The notes under the pieces were generated by a model. That model ran no database searches and was not told the origin of the DNA. It saw only the letters and a list, made by a program, of their open reading frames with translations. From Anaerohalosphaeraceae bacterium (GTDB lineage: Bacteria; Planctomycetota; Phycisphaerae; Sedimentisphaerales; Anaerohalosphaeraceae): a stretch of 64,000 nt of DNA. Location of the stretch: positions 864,001 through 928,000 of the forward strand of contig CAXXSL010000016.1 of NCBI GenBank assembly GCA_963675525.2, given 5' to 3'. Position numbers and translations under genes: made by a program. The first letter of the stretch is position 1; every line of letters begins with the position of its first letter. Positions 9,888-18,806 of this stretch are shown here, in pieces.

Positions 9888-11099
9888 ATGAATCAAGAAT
9901 TGATCAGGATCATTGAGAACATCGCCCGAGACAAGAATATTGACAAAGAGTCAATTTTTCAGGACCTGGAATCGGCTATGGTGTCTGCTGCCCGCAAGCA
10001 TTTTGGCGTTCAGCACGCTACTGAGGTCGAAGTGTCGGTTCATATTGACCGCACGACCGGGGATATTCGAGCCTTTAAAGATGAGGTTGAGATTGATATT
10101 CGCCAGCTTGGCAGGATTCCCGCTCAAACGGCCAAACAGGTCATGATCCAGAAAATCAAAGCCGATGAACGGGACAGCATTTTTACCGAATATGTTCAAC
10201 GGAAAGGCGAGGTCGTCAATGGCATCGCCGGACGGTTCGAAGGCGGGACGCTGATCGTCAATCTTGAAAATCGTGTCGAGGCGATTATGCCAAAGTCCGA
10301 GCAGATTACCGGTGCCAGCCATCACCCCGGCGAACGTGTCCGGGCAATGATCCTGGATGTTCGGGAATCGGCCAGTCAGATCAAGATCGTTCTGTCACGG
10401 ACCCATCCGGACTTTATCCGCAAGCTCTTTGATCAGGAAGTGCCGGAAGTGGCCGAGGGAATCATTGAAATTAAATCACTGTCCCGCGAAGCGGGTTACC
10501 GCACAAAGATCGCCGTGGATACCATTGATGATAAGGTGGACCCGGTTGGCGCCTGTGTGGGTGTTCGCGGCAGCCGGATTCGTAATATTGTGGACGAACT
10601 GGGCGGCGAAAAGATCGATATTGTTCGCTGGAGCGATTCATCACAGGTGTTGATCGCCAATGCCCTCATGCCCGCAAAAGTCAGCGAGATCGCGATCTGT
10701 TTTGAGCTGGGACGGGCAACTGTCGTGGTGACCGAGGATCAGTTGTCTTTGGCGATCGGCAAGCATGGCCAGAATGTACGTCTGGCCGCCCGCCTGACCG
10801 GTTGGGACATCGATATTCTGACACCCAATGAATATAATAAGGAAGTGGATCGCCTGGCCGGTTGCTTAAAGGAACTGGAAGGTGTCGACGAGAATTTTGT
10901 GGATAAACTGCTGGCCCTGGGAATTATTTCAGTGCTGGATCTGGAAGAAGTCGGAACCGGTCCGCTGATTGAAGAACTGGGTATTTCCGAAGACATCGCC
11001 GGCCGGATTATCCAGGCTGCTGAGGAAGCCGCCAAGAAAGCGGCCGCCGAATCCACTCAAGCCAAGGAATTGTTGCAACAGGAACGAAAAAACAAATAA
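9888..11099 (+). CDS. nusA: Transcription termination/antitermination factor NusA
   Basis: GRIPAQTAKQV, S1 domain, KH motifs DPVGACVGVRGSRI and LSLAIGKHGQNVRLA. Confidence 0.98.
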   Translation: MNQELIRIIENIARDKNIDKESIFQDLESAMVSAARKHFGVQHATEVEVSVHIDRTTGDIRAFKDEVEIDIRQLGRIPAQTAKQVMIQKIKADERDSIFTEYVQRKGEVVNGIAGRFEGGTLIVNLENRVEAIMPKSEQITGASHHPGERVRAMILDVRESASQIKIVLSRTHPDFIRKLFDQEVPEVAEGIIEIKSLSREAGYRTKIAVDTIDDKVDPVGACVGVRGSRIRNIVDELGGEKIDIVRWSDSSQVLIANALMPAKVSEIAICFELGRATVVVTEDQLSLAIGKHGQNVRLAARLTGWDIDILTPNEYNKEVDRLAGCLKELEGVDENFVDKLLALGIISVLDLEEVGTGPLIEELGISEDIAGRIIQAAEEAAKKAAAESTQAKELLQQERKNK

Positions 11100-11153
11100 A
11101 TAATGGTGGACCGGCGAATTCGGGCAGGTTGCCCCAAAGATATTTAAAGGGAG

Positions 11154-13766
11154 ATGGTTTTGGCTAAAGCGAGCACACGAGTACATTTACTGGCCAAGGA
11201 ATTAAGTGTTAACAGTAAGGCGATTGTTGAAAAGTGTCAAGCCGAAGGGCTGGACCAGGTTAAAAACCACATGTCGACGATCTCGGCGGGTTTGGCGGCG
11301 ACCATTCGTGAATGGTTCAGTGATGGCGAACACGTCACGACCGTTGAGGTCAGCAAACGTGTCGATCTTAAAAAAGTCCGGGTGAAACGAACAAAAAAGA
11401 AAGCTCCTGAAGCCCCTGTCGAAGCGGTTGTAAAAGAAGCGGTCGAACAAGAAACTGTGCCGGAACAATCTGAAGCTGTTGAAGCGGTTGCCGAGAAGCC
11501 CCCGACTGTTGCGGCAGAAGAAAAGAAAGAACCTCAAGCCGGCGAACAGCCCGAAGAAGCAGCTCCGGCGGAAGAAAAGCCGAAAAAGAAGAAAGAAAAG
11601 AAAAAACCCGAGCCGATTGTGCCGGCCGGTCCGATGCTGGAAAAACCCAAGCCGGCAGTGCTGTCAGGCCCGACTGTGATTCGTGTCGAAAAGATCGAAG
11701 ACGAAGTCCGACCCAAACGGCGAAAACCGGTACGTGTCAACCAGAATCAGCCGATTGCCGGACCGGTGATCATTCCTGATAATAATCTGGTTAAGGGGAA
11801 AAAAGCCGGTAAAGCTAAAACGCACGGGCGAAAAAAAGATATCGCTGATGAGGCTCGTCCGAAGATCGATATTAAGCGGATGCGCGCACGCGACATCGAG
11901 GAACGGCAGGCGCGTTTGGCTGCCGCGCGCGGTGAGTCGCTGCGGGCCAAGCCTTCCAGGCGTATTGAATCAAGAAAAGCCGAAGATGTCACACCTGTCG
12001 AGCGTCCCGAAAAAGCAGCCGTTAGCGAACCGATCACTGTTAAAGACCTTTCTTCTGCGTTGGCGGTCAAAGTCAGTGATATTATTACCAAGCTGATGCG
12101 TCAGGGAATCCTGGCAACGGCGAATCATGTTATCGCGACCGATGTTGCTGAACTGGTTGCGTTGGATTTCGGCACGGAGTTGATCATTGAGCACAAAAAG
12201 AGTTTTCTCGATGACATTGAACAGCAATATAAGGACCGCCCTCGCAGCAAACTTGCCAAGCGTCCGCCGGTTGTGACGATGCTGGGCCACGTTGACCACG
12301 GTAAGACCAGCTTGCTGGATAGAATTCGTCAAAGCAGTGTGGCGGCCGGAGAAGCAGGCGGCATCACACAGCACATCGGGGCCTACCAGGTTGAGTTGAA
12401 CGGCAAAAAAGTGACCTTCCTCGACACGCCGGGCCACGAAGCCTTTACCGCGATGCGGGCACGCGGCGCCAACATGACCGATATTGTTGTGCTGGTACTT
12501 GCCGCTGACGACGGGGTGATGCCACAGACGATTGAGGCGATTCATCATGCCAAAGCTGCCGGTGTAACAATCATCGTTGCGTTGAACAAGATCGACATTC
12601 CGGGTGTGGATATCAATCGTATTTATGGGCAGCTTGCTGAACATGAGTTAACACCCGCAGAATGGAGCGGAACAACCGAAATCGTGAAAACCAGCGCAAT
12701 AACCGGACTGGGGATCGAAGACCTGATCGACCATCTCGATTATCAGGCCGAGCTGAATGACTATCAGGCCGATCCGACCATCCCGGCCTGCGGCTGGGTT
12801 GTTGAATCGAAAATGTCCCAGACAAAAGGACCCGTAGCGACGATATTGGTCAAGGAAGGCACCCTTAATAAAGGCGATGTGGTACTGGCCGGCGGCGCCT
12901 ACGGCAGGGTGCGGAATATGACCGACAGCCGGGGCAAAAGCGTCAAAAAAGCAACGCCGTCAATGCCCGTGGAAATTACAGGATTAGATAGCGTACCCTC
13001 TGCCGGAGATCGATTTTATTGTCTGGAAGATATCAACAAGGCCAAGCAGGCCTCGTATGAAATTAAAAGTGCCAATCGTGAAGAGACGTTGGCCCGGCGG
13101 TCACAGATCACCCTGGACAATCTGTTCTCGCAGATCGAGGCTGGTAATGTCAAGGAATTGAACCTGATCGTCAAGGCCGATGTGCAGGGTTCGGTGGACG
13201 TTTTGATTAAGTATCTGACACAACTGAGCACGGATGAGGTTAAAGTTAAAGTGATCCACGCAGCAGTGGGCGGGATCGGCGAGGGCGACGTGGTGCTGGC
13301 CGAAGCATCTTCAGCGATCATTATCGGCTTTAATGTGGTTCCGGACGAACGCGTTCGTCAGATTGCCGATGGCCGAAAAGTTGACATCCGGCTTTACAGC
13401 ATCATCTATCGGATCACCGAAGATCTGAAAGCGGCTATGGTGGGTCTGCTGGAACCGGAGTTCGAGGAGAAAACACTGGGCCGCCTGATTGTTCGAAACA
13501 CGTTCAAGGTCTCAGGATTAGGAACGATTGCCGGCTGTTATGTTTCCAGCGGCCTTGTGAATAAAAATGCGTCGCTGAGGCTGATCCGAGATAATATTGT
13601 GGTCAGAGATAAATGTGTTATTGACTCCCTGAAGCACTTTAAGGACGACGCTAAAGAAGTCAAGGCCGGGCTGGAGTGTGGTGTCAAGATTGCCGGTTTC
13701 GATGACGTCAAAGTTGACGATGAATTTGAAGTGTATGAGATTGTTGAGATTGCCCGTTCGCTTTAA
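11154..13766 (+). CDS. infB: Translation initiation factor IF-2
   Basis: [45 protein letters not shown]. Confidence 0.99.
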   Translation: MVLAKASTRVHLLAKELSVNSKAIVEKCQAEGLDQVKNHMSTISAGLAATIREWFSDGEHVTTVEVSKRVDLKKVRVKRTKKKAPEAPVEAVVKEAVEQETVPEQSEAVEAVAEKPPTVAAEEKKEPQAGEQPEEAAPAEEKPKKKKEKKKPEPIVPAGPMLEKPKPAVLSGPTVIRVEKIEDEVRPKRRKPVRVNQNQPIAGPVIIPDNNLVKGKKAGKAKTHGRKKDIADEARPKIDIKRMRARDIEERQARLAAARGESLRAKPSRRIESRKAEDVTPVERPEKAAVSEPITVKDLSSALAVKVSDIITKLMRQGILATANHVIATDVAELVALDFGTELIIEHKKSFLDDIEQQYKDRPRSKLAKRPPVVTMLGHVDHGKTSLLDRIRQSSVAAGEAGGITQHIGAYQVELNGKKVTFLDTPGHEAFTAMRARGANMTDIVVLVLAADDGVMPQTIEAIHHAKAAGVTIIVALNKIDIPGVDINRIYGQLAEHELTPAEWSGTTEIVKTSAITGLGIEDLIDHLDYQAELNDYQADPTIPACGWVVESKMSQTKGPVATILVKEGTLNKGDVVLAGGAYGRVRNMTDSRGKSVKKATPSMPVEITGLDSVPSAGDRFYCLEDINKAKQASYEIKSANREETLARRSQITLDNLFSQIEAGNVKELNLIVKADVQGSVDVLIKYLTQLSTDEVKVKVIHAAVGGIGEGDVVLAEASSAIIIGFNVVPDERVRQIADGRKVDIRLYSIIYRITEDLKAAMVGLLEPEFEEKTLGRLIVRNTFKVSGLGTIAGCYVSSGLVNKNASLRLIRDNIVVRDKCVIDSLKHFKDDAKEVKAGLECGVKIAGFDDVKVDDEFEVYEIVEIARSL

Positions 13767-13797
13767 TGTGCGGCCGCGATAACAAAAGGAAACGGTG

Positions 13798-14193
13798 ATG
13801 CCATCCAGAAGACAGCAAAAAATTGCACGGGTGATCAAAGAGTCGGTCAGCCGGACGATTCAGACTCGGCTTAGCGACCCGCGCATTACCGGACTGGTGA
13901 GTGTAACCGAAGTGGATATTTCACCGGATTCAAAGAACGCAAAGGTTTATTTGAGCATTCTGTCCGCCGATGAAAAAAGTGCAGGCCGGACATTTACGGC
14001 GATCGGCCATGCCGCCGGGCATATTCAGGCCCAGTTGGGGCATGAGTTGACCGGACGAACCTGTCCGCATTTGCAGTTTGAACGTGATGAAAAAGTAAAG
14101 AAAACACTGGAAACACTTCGCCTGATCGAACAGGCCCAGCAGGAATATCGCGAACATCCTTTGGTGGATGAAACGACGGAACCGGAAGAATGA
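13798..14193 (+). CDS. rbfA: Ribosome-binding factor A
   Basis: DPRI..VSVTEVDISPD..AKVY..P.LQF.RD pattern; lies directly downstream of infB. Confidence 0.93.
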   Translation: MPSRRQQKIARVIKESVSRTIQTRLSDPRITGLVSVTEVDISPDSKNAKVYLSILSADEKSAGRTFTAIGHAAGHIQAQLGHELTGRTCPHLQFERDEKVKKTLETLRLIEQAQQEYREHPLVDETTEPEE

Positions 14194-14208
14194 TTAGTTG
14201 GTGATCTT

Positions 14209-14946
14209 ATGAAAGACAGTAAAAACTATAGCCCGAAAATCACAAAACTATTCCGTTCACTGAAACGGAAACATAAGAGTGTCGAGATGCCGACCTACGC
14301 TGACCCCGTGCAGGCAATCGTCGATGCAATGGTGGCCGAGTTCATGGATACGGCGAACACCGCACGGACATTAAAGCGTATGAAGAGTCATTTTGTAGAC
14401 CTGAACGATCTGCGGGTTTGCCGCAAAGAGGAAGTGCTGGACGTATTCAGGGAAAGCTCCGTAGAAGCTGAAAAATCCGCGGCGGCGATGACGCAGATAC
14501 TCAACGCCGTTTTTGAAAAACACAACAAGGTTACACTGGATTTCCTTCGTCATGAAGGGAAACGCCAGGCCAAGAAAGAGCTCGAAGAAATAGAAGGAAT
14601 AACACTGTTTTCAACGAATTACTGTTTTTTGACGGCGCTGGACGGTCACGCGATCCCCTTGAATACAAAGATGCTTCGGTACCTTCGTGAGAATGAACTG
14701 GTGCATCCCGAAGCGACTGAGCAGGAAATCGCCGGGTTTCTGGAACGCCAGATTTCCGCCGCCGACGCTTATACGTTTTATGTGGTGTTGAAATACGAGG
14801 CTGAAGAGCAAAAGCCATCGCCTAAAAAAGCGACGAAGCAGAAAGCTGAAAAAACAAAGACGGCGACCAAAAAAACAGCAAAAAAGACGGCAAAAAAAAC
14901 CGTTAAAAAGAGAGTATCGAAAAAGAAAGAAACCAAAAAGAAGTAA
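14209..14946 (+). CDS. Endonuclease III/HhH-GPD-like fold protein with Lys-rich histone-H1-like C-terminal tail
   Basis: DPVQAIV..FVDLNDLRV..LEEIEGI..ALDGHAIPLN resembles the HhH-GPD scaffold but has no Fe-S cysteines. The tail is KKATKQKAEKTKTATKKTAKKTAKKTVKKRVSKKK. Confidence 0.6.
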   Translation: MKDSKNYSPKITKLFRSLKRKHKSVEMPTYADPVQAIVDAMVAEFMDTANTARTLKRMKSHFVDLNDLRVCRKEEVLDVFRESSVEAEKSAAAMTQILNAVFEKHNKVTLDFLRHEGKRQAKKELEEIEGITLFSTNYCFLTALDGHAIPLNTKMLRYLRENELVHPEATEQEIAGFLERQISAADAYTFYVVLKYEAEEQKPSPKKATKQKAEKTKTATKKTAKKTAKKTVKKRVSKKKETKKK

Positions 14947-14976
14947 TCGAAAGAGAACAAACGGAAAGGCAGCAAG

Positions 14977-15852
14977 TTGTCAGAAAAGGTGCTTAAATTA
15001 GGAATACCCAAAGGGAGTTTGCAGAACGCGACATTCGATTTATTTGAAAAAGCCGGTTTTAACGTCTCCGGCTTCGAACGGAGTTATTTTCCGCGGATCG
15101 ACGATCCCGAGATCCAGTTGATCATGCTGCGTGCTCAGGAGATGAGCCGGTATGTCGAAGACGGCGTTTTGGATGCCGGGTTTACCGGGTATGACTGGAT
15201 TTGTGAGAATAATTCAGATGTTTACGAAGTGTGCGAACTGCAGTACAGCAAGGCCACATCAAATCCGGCGCGGTGGGTATTGGCGGTTCCGAATGAGTCA
15301 AACATTAACAAACCGGAAGACCTGGAAGGCGGCATCATTGCCACTGAACTGGTTAACGCGACCAAACGCTATTTTGAGGATAAGAAGATCAATGTCAAAG
15401 TGGAGTTCAGTTGGGGTGCGACCGAAGTGAAAGCGCGCCTGGTTAACGGGATCGTGGAACTGACCGAAACCGGGTCTTCGATCCGCGCGAACAACCTGAA
15501 GATTATAGACACGCTGATGACCTCGACGACGCGTTTTATTGCTAACAAGAAAGCCTGGATCGACGGTTTCAAGAAACAAAAGGTTGAAAGCATTGCGATT
15601 TTGCTGAATGCGGCGATTGACGCCAAAACGCGTGTGGGCCTGAAAATGAATGTTAAGAAAGGCGATATTGAGAACATCTTAAAATTGCTGCCGGCGGAAA
15701 AGAGCCCGACAATCTCATCGTTGGCCGATTCAGATTATGCAGCGATCGAGATCATTGTGGAAGAAAAGGTTGAACGTGAGTTGATTCCTCAATTGAAGCG
15801 CGCGGGCGCCTCGGGCATCTTCACGTATCCGTTGAACAAAGTGATTCATTAA
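14977..15852 (+). CDS. hisG: ATP phosphoribosyltransferase, long form
   Basis: LGIPKGSL, RAQE, GATE, ELTETGSS and a C-terminal regulatory domain with SPTIS. Confidence 0.96.
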   Translation: MSEKVLKLGIPKGSLQNATFDLFEKAGFNVSGFERSYFPRIDDPEIQLIMLRAQEMSRYVEDGVLDAGFTGYDWICENNSDVYEVCELQYSKATSNPARWVLAVPNESNINKPEDLEGGIIATELVNATKRYFEDKKINVKVEFSWGATEVKARLVNGIVELTETGSSIRANNLKIIDTLMTSTTRFIANKKAWIDGFKKQKVESIAILLNAAIDAKTRVGLKMNVKKGDIENILKLLPAEKSPTISSLADSDYAAIEIIVEEKVERELIPQLKRAGASGIFTYPLNKVIH

Positions 15853-15890
15853 CCGGTTGGTGATGAAACGTATTTAAAGGGTAACAGAGC

Positions 15891-16640
15891 ATGTCAGGAC
15901 ATTCTCATTGGGCGGGCATTAAGCATAAAAAGGCCGCCAACGATGCTAAACGCGGTAAAGTATGGAGCAAGATCGCTCGTATCATCATTATGGCGGCCAA
16001 AGCCGGCGGCGGGGACCCGAGTCAGAACCTGACGCTGCGCTATGCGATTGACAAGGCCAAAGCCGCCAACATGCCCAAGGATACCATCGAAAAGGCGATC
16101 AAGAAAGGCACCGGTGAATTAGGGGCGGTCAATTACGAAGAGGTCTTATATGAAGGCTATGCCCCCGGCGGCGTGGCGATCATGGTCGAAGGCCTGACGG
16201 ACAACCGCAACCGGACCGGACCGGAGATCAAAAAGATATTTGAAAAACGCGGCGGTGCCCTCGGTGCCAGCGGGTGTGTCAACTGGATGTTCAAGAAAAA
16301 AGGGCTCATCACCGTTAAGACCACCGATGCGATTGAAGATGATTTGATGGATATCGCCCTGTCGGCGGGTGCGGATGATATGCAAAACACCGGCGAAATA
16401 TTTGAAATCACTTGTGATCCGGATGCTTACAACGAACTGAAAACCGCTCTGGAAGAAAAAAACGTTGCGATCGATTCGGCAGAGCTGTCAATGGTGCCGG
16501 ATACGACGGTGCCCGTCAAAGACCCTGAGACAGCACGAAAAATCCTCAATCTTATGGAAGAGTTTGAGGATCATGATGACGTGCAGGAGGTTTATGCCAA
16601 CTTCGATATTCCGGACGAGATTCTTGAGAAAATGGAATAA
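15891..16640 (+). CDS. yebC: YebC/PmpR family protein
   Basis: MSGHSHWAGIKHKK, YEGYAPGG, TDNRNRT, DDVQEVYAN. Confidence 0.97.
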   Translation: MSGHSHWAGIKHKKAANDAKRGKVWSKIARIIIMAAKAGGGDPSQNLTLRYAIDKAKAANMPKDTIEKAIKKGTGELGAVNYEEVLYEGYAPGGVAIMVEGLTDNRNRTGPEIKKIFEKRGGALGASGCVNWMFKKKGLITVKTTDAIEDDLMDIALSAGADDMQNTGEIFEITCDPDAYNELKTALEEKNVAIDSAELSMVPDTTVPVKDPETARKILNLMEEFEDHDDVQEVYANFDIPDEILEKME

Positions 16641-16680
16641 TACACACGAATACTGCTGGTCCCCAAAGGAAGATTTTCCA

Positions 16681-16716
16681 AAGGCGAAACGAATTTAAGA
16701 TCGTTTCGCCTTTTTT
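16681..16716 (+). terminator. Rho-independent terminator after yebC
   Basis: AAGGCGAAACGA / TCGTTTCGCCTT stem followed by a T tract. Confidence 0.8.
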
Positions 16717-16753
16717 GTTGCGGTCTGTTCGGGAAGGTTTTAGAATCGGTTGT

Positions 16754-17029
16754 ATGGAACAGGTGGCCAGACAGGTTGTTTTTAAGGGACGTGTGCAGGG
16801 GGTTGGTTTTCGCTATACCACACATCGTATTGCCCGTCAGTATGATCTAAGCGGTTATGTGCGGAATTCGCCGGATGGTTCTGTGGAAGCTATTTTACAG
16901 GGAACCAAAGCGAACATTCAGGCTTGTATCCGTGAGATTCAGGACGCTTTTAACGGATACATCCGCGATACGAAATCCACCGAGCAGCCAGTCAATCCGC
17001 ACTATTATGATTTCAGGATCACCTACTAA
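16754..17029 (+). CDS. acyP: Acylphosphatase
   Basis: GRVQGVGFR and GYVRNSPDGSVE signatures. Confidence 0.95.
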   Translation: MEQVARQVVFKGRVQGVGFRYTTHRIARQYDLSGYVRNSPDGSVEAILQGTKANIQACIREIQDAFNGYIRDTKSTEQPVNPHYYDFRITY

Positions 17030-17067
17030 TAAACGGTATGGATGTATAAACTTTTAGGGGAAATGTC

Positions 17068-18783
17068 ATGCGACGGAGCCGGTTTTTTCGAAATAGTGTA
17101 GTTGTTTGTATATTATCAATTCTGCTGATTTCTATTTTGTTGCATCCCTGCAAAGCCGACGTTCCGGCGGTGGTGACGATACGGGTGGATTTCTCGAGGC
17201 CCGTCGGTCTCATGAAGCCGGTGTGGGCTTGGTTCGGCTATGATGAGCCGAACTATACGTATATGAAGGATGGAAAAAAGCTGTTGTCGGAGATCGCCGC
17301 ATTAAGCCCTGTGCCGGTTTATGTGCGAGCGCACAATCTGATGTGTACGGGGAATGGTGTGCATGCTCTGAAATGGGGCTCGACGAATATGTACACAGAG
17401 GATGAAAACGGCAATCCCATTTACAACTGGACGATCATTGATAAAATTTTCGATACGTATGTTCATCGCGGCATGAAGCCCCTGGCCCAGATCGGGTTTA
17501 TGCCCGAAGCCCTTTCGACGAACCCGCAACCCTATCAGCATCAATGGCGGCCCGGGATCCCTTATAAGGAAATCTTTACCGGCTGGGCCTATCCGCCAAA
17601 GGACTTTGAAAAGTGGGGTGAGCTGGTCTATCAATGGGTTAGCCACTGCGTGTCGCGTTACGGAAAAGAAGAGGTTGCAAGCTGGTATTGGGAGCTGTGG
17701 AACGAGCCGGACAGTCCGTACTGGCAGGGAACGACGGAAGAATACTGCAAACTTTATGATTATGCCGCCGATGCGGTCAGGCGGGCGATGCCAACGGCGA
17801 AAATCGGCGGCCCGCATGTAACCGGTCCGGCAGGCGACCGGGCGGCGCGTTTTTTGCGGCATTTTCTGCAGCATTGCGCCGACGGCACCAATGCCGTTAC
17901 GGGCAAGACAGGTACGCCGCTTGATTTTATTGCCTTTCATGCCAAAGGAGCGCCGCGGGTTGTCGATGGACACGTTCGCATGAACATGGGACGTCAACTA
18001 CGTGACATCTCCAGCGGTTTTGAAATCGTGGCTTCATTCGAACGGTTTAAGACGCTGCCGGTTATTATCGGAGAATCTGATCCGGAAGGCTGTGCGGCCT
18101 GCTCGATGCAGGACTACCCGGAAAACGCCTATCGCAACGGAACCATGTATTCCAGTTATACGGCCGCGTCGTTTGCCCGCAAATACGCGCTGGCCGATCA
18201 TTTCGGTGTCAATTTTCTCGGTGCCGTTTCGTGGTCATTTGAGTTTGAAGGCCAGCCGTGGTTTAACGGTTATCGTGACCTGGCGACCAACGGTGTCGAT
18301 AAGCCGGTCTTAAATGTCTTTCGCATGTTCGGCATGATGTCAGGGCAGCGCGTAGAAGTTGACTGTGATCTGGCCTATGACGTGATGACGGTGCGCGACG
18401 CCAGTGTTCGCGGGGACAAGTCGGATATTAACGCATTGGCGACGATTGATGAGTATTCGGCGTGTGTGATGGTGTGGAACTATCACGATGACGATATTGA
18501 ATCGCCCGCCTCGCCGGTTACGGTTGAGATTGCCGGTATTCCGGTCTCGAAAGCACAAGCTTATCATTATCGCATCGACCGGGAACACAGTAATGCGTAT
18601 GAAGTCTGGAAAACGATGGGATCTCCGCAGAATCCGACACCCGAACAGGTCGCGGAGCTTGAAAAGTCGGGCCAGTTGAAACTGCTGACGTCGCCGGAGT
18701 GGATCAAGGTTAAGGATGGAAAAACGTCTGTTTCGATGCAGTTGCCGCGACAGGGAGTTTCGTTGCTGAAATTCATCTGGTAA
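17068..18783 (+). CDS. GH39 beta-xylosidase-like secreted glycoside hydrolase
   Basis: WELWNEP acid/base motif, IGFMPEAL, IIGESDP nucleophile region; signal peptide. Confidence 0.9.
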   Translation: MRRSRFFRNSVVVCILSILLISILLHPCKADVPAVVTIRVDFSRPVGLMKPVWAWFGYDEPNYTYMKDGKKLLSEIAALSPVPVYVRAHNLMCTGNGVHALKWGSTNMYTEDENGNPIYNWTIIDKIFDTYVHRGMKPLAQIGFMPEALSTNPQPYQHQWRPGIPYKEIFTGWAYPPKDFEKWGELVYQWVSHCVSRYGKEEVASWYWELWNEPDSPYWQGTTEEYCKLYDYAADAVRRAMPTAKIGGPHVTGPAGDRAARFLRHFLQHCADGTNAVTGKTGTPLDFIAFHAKGAPRVVDGHVRMNMGRQLRDISSGFEIVASFERFKTLPVIIGESDPEGCAACSMQDYPENAYRNGTMYSSYTAASFARKYALADHFGVNFLGAVSWSFEFEGQPWFNGYRDLATNGVDKPVLNVFRMFGMMSGQRVEVDCDLAYDVMTVRDASVRGDKSDINALATIDEYSACVMVWNYHDDDIESPASPVTVEIAGIPVSKAQAYHYRIDREHSNAYEVWKTMGSPQNPTPEQVAELEKSGQLKLLTSPEWIKVKDGKTSVSMQLPRQGVSLLKFIW

Positions 18784-18806
18784 ATTATATCCGCTTTTGA
18801 AATTGA

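Noticed and set aside
10898..10906. Perfect DnaA box TGTGGATAA
   Set aside because: It is a single copy inside the nusA coding sequence and not part of a cluster.
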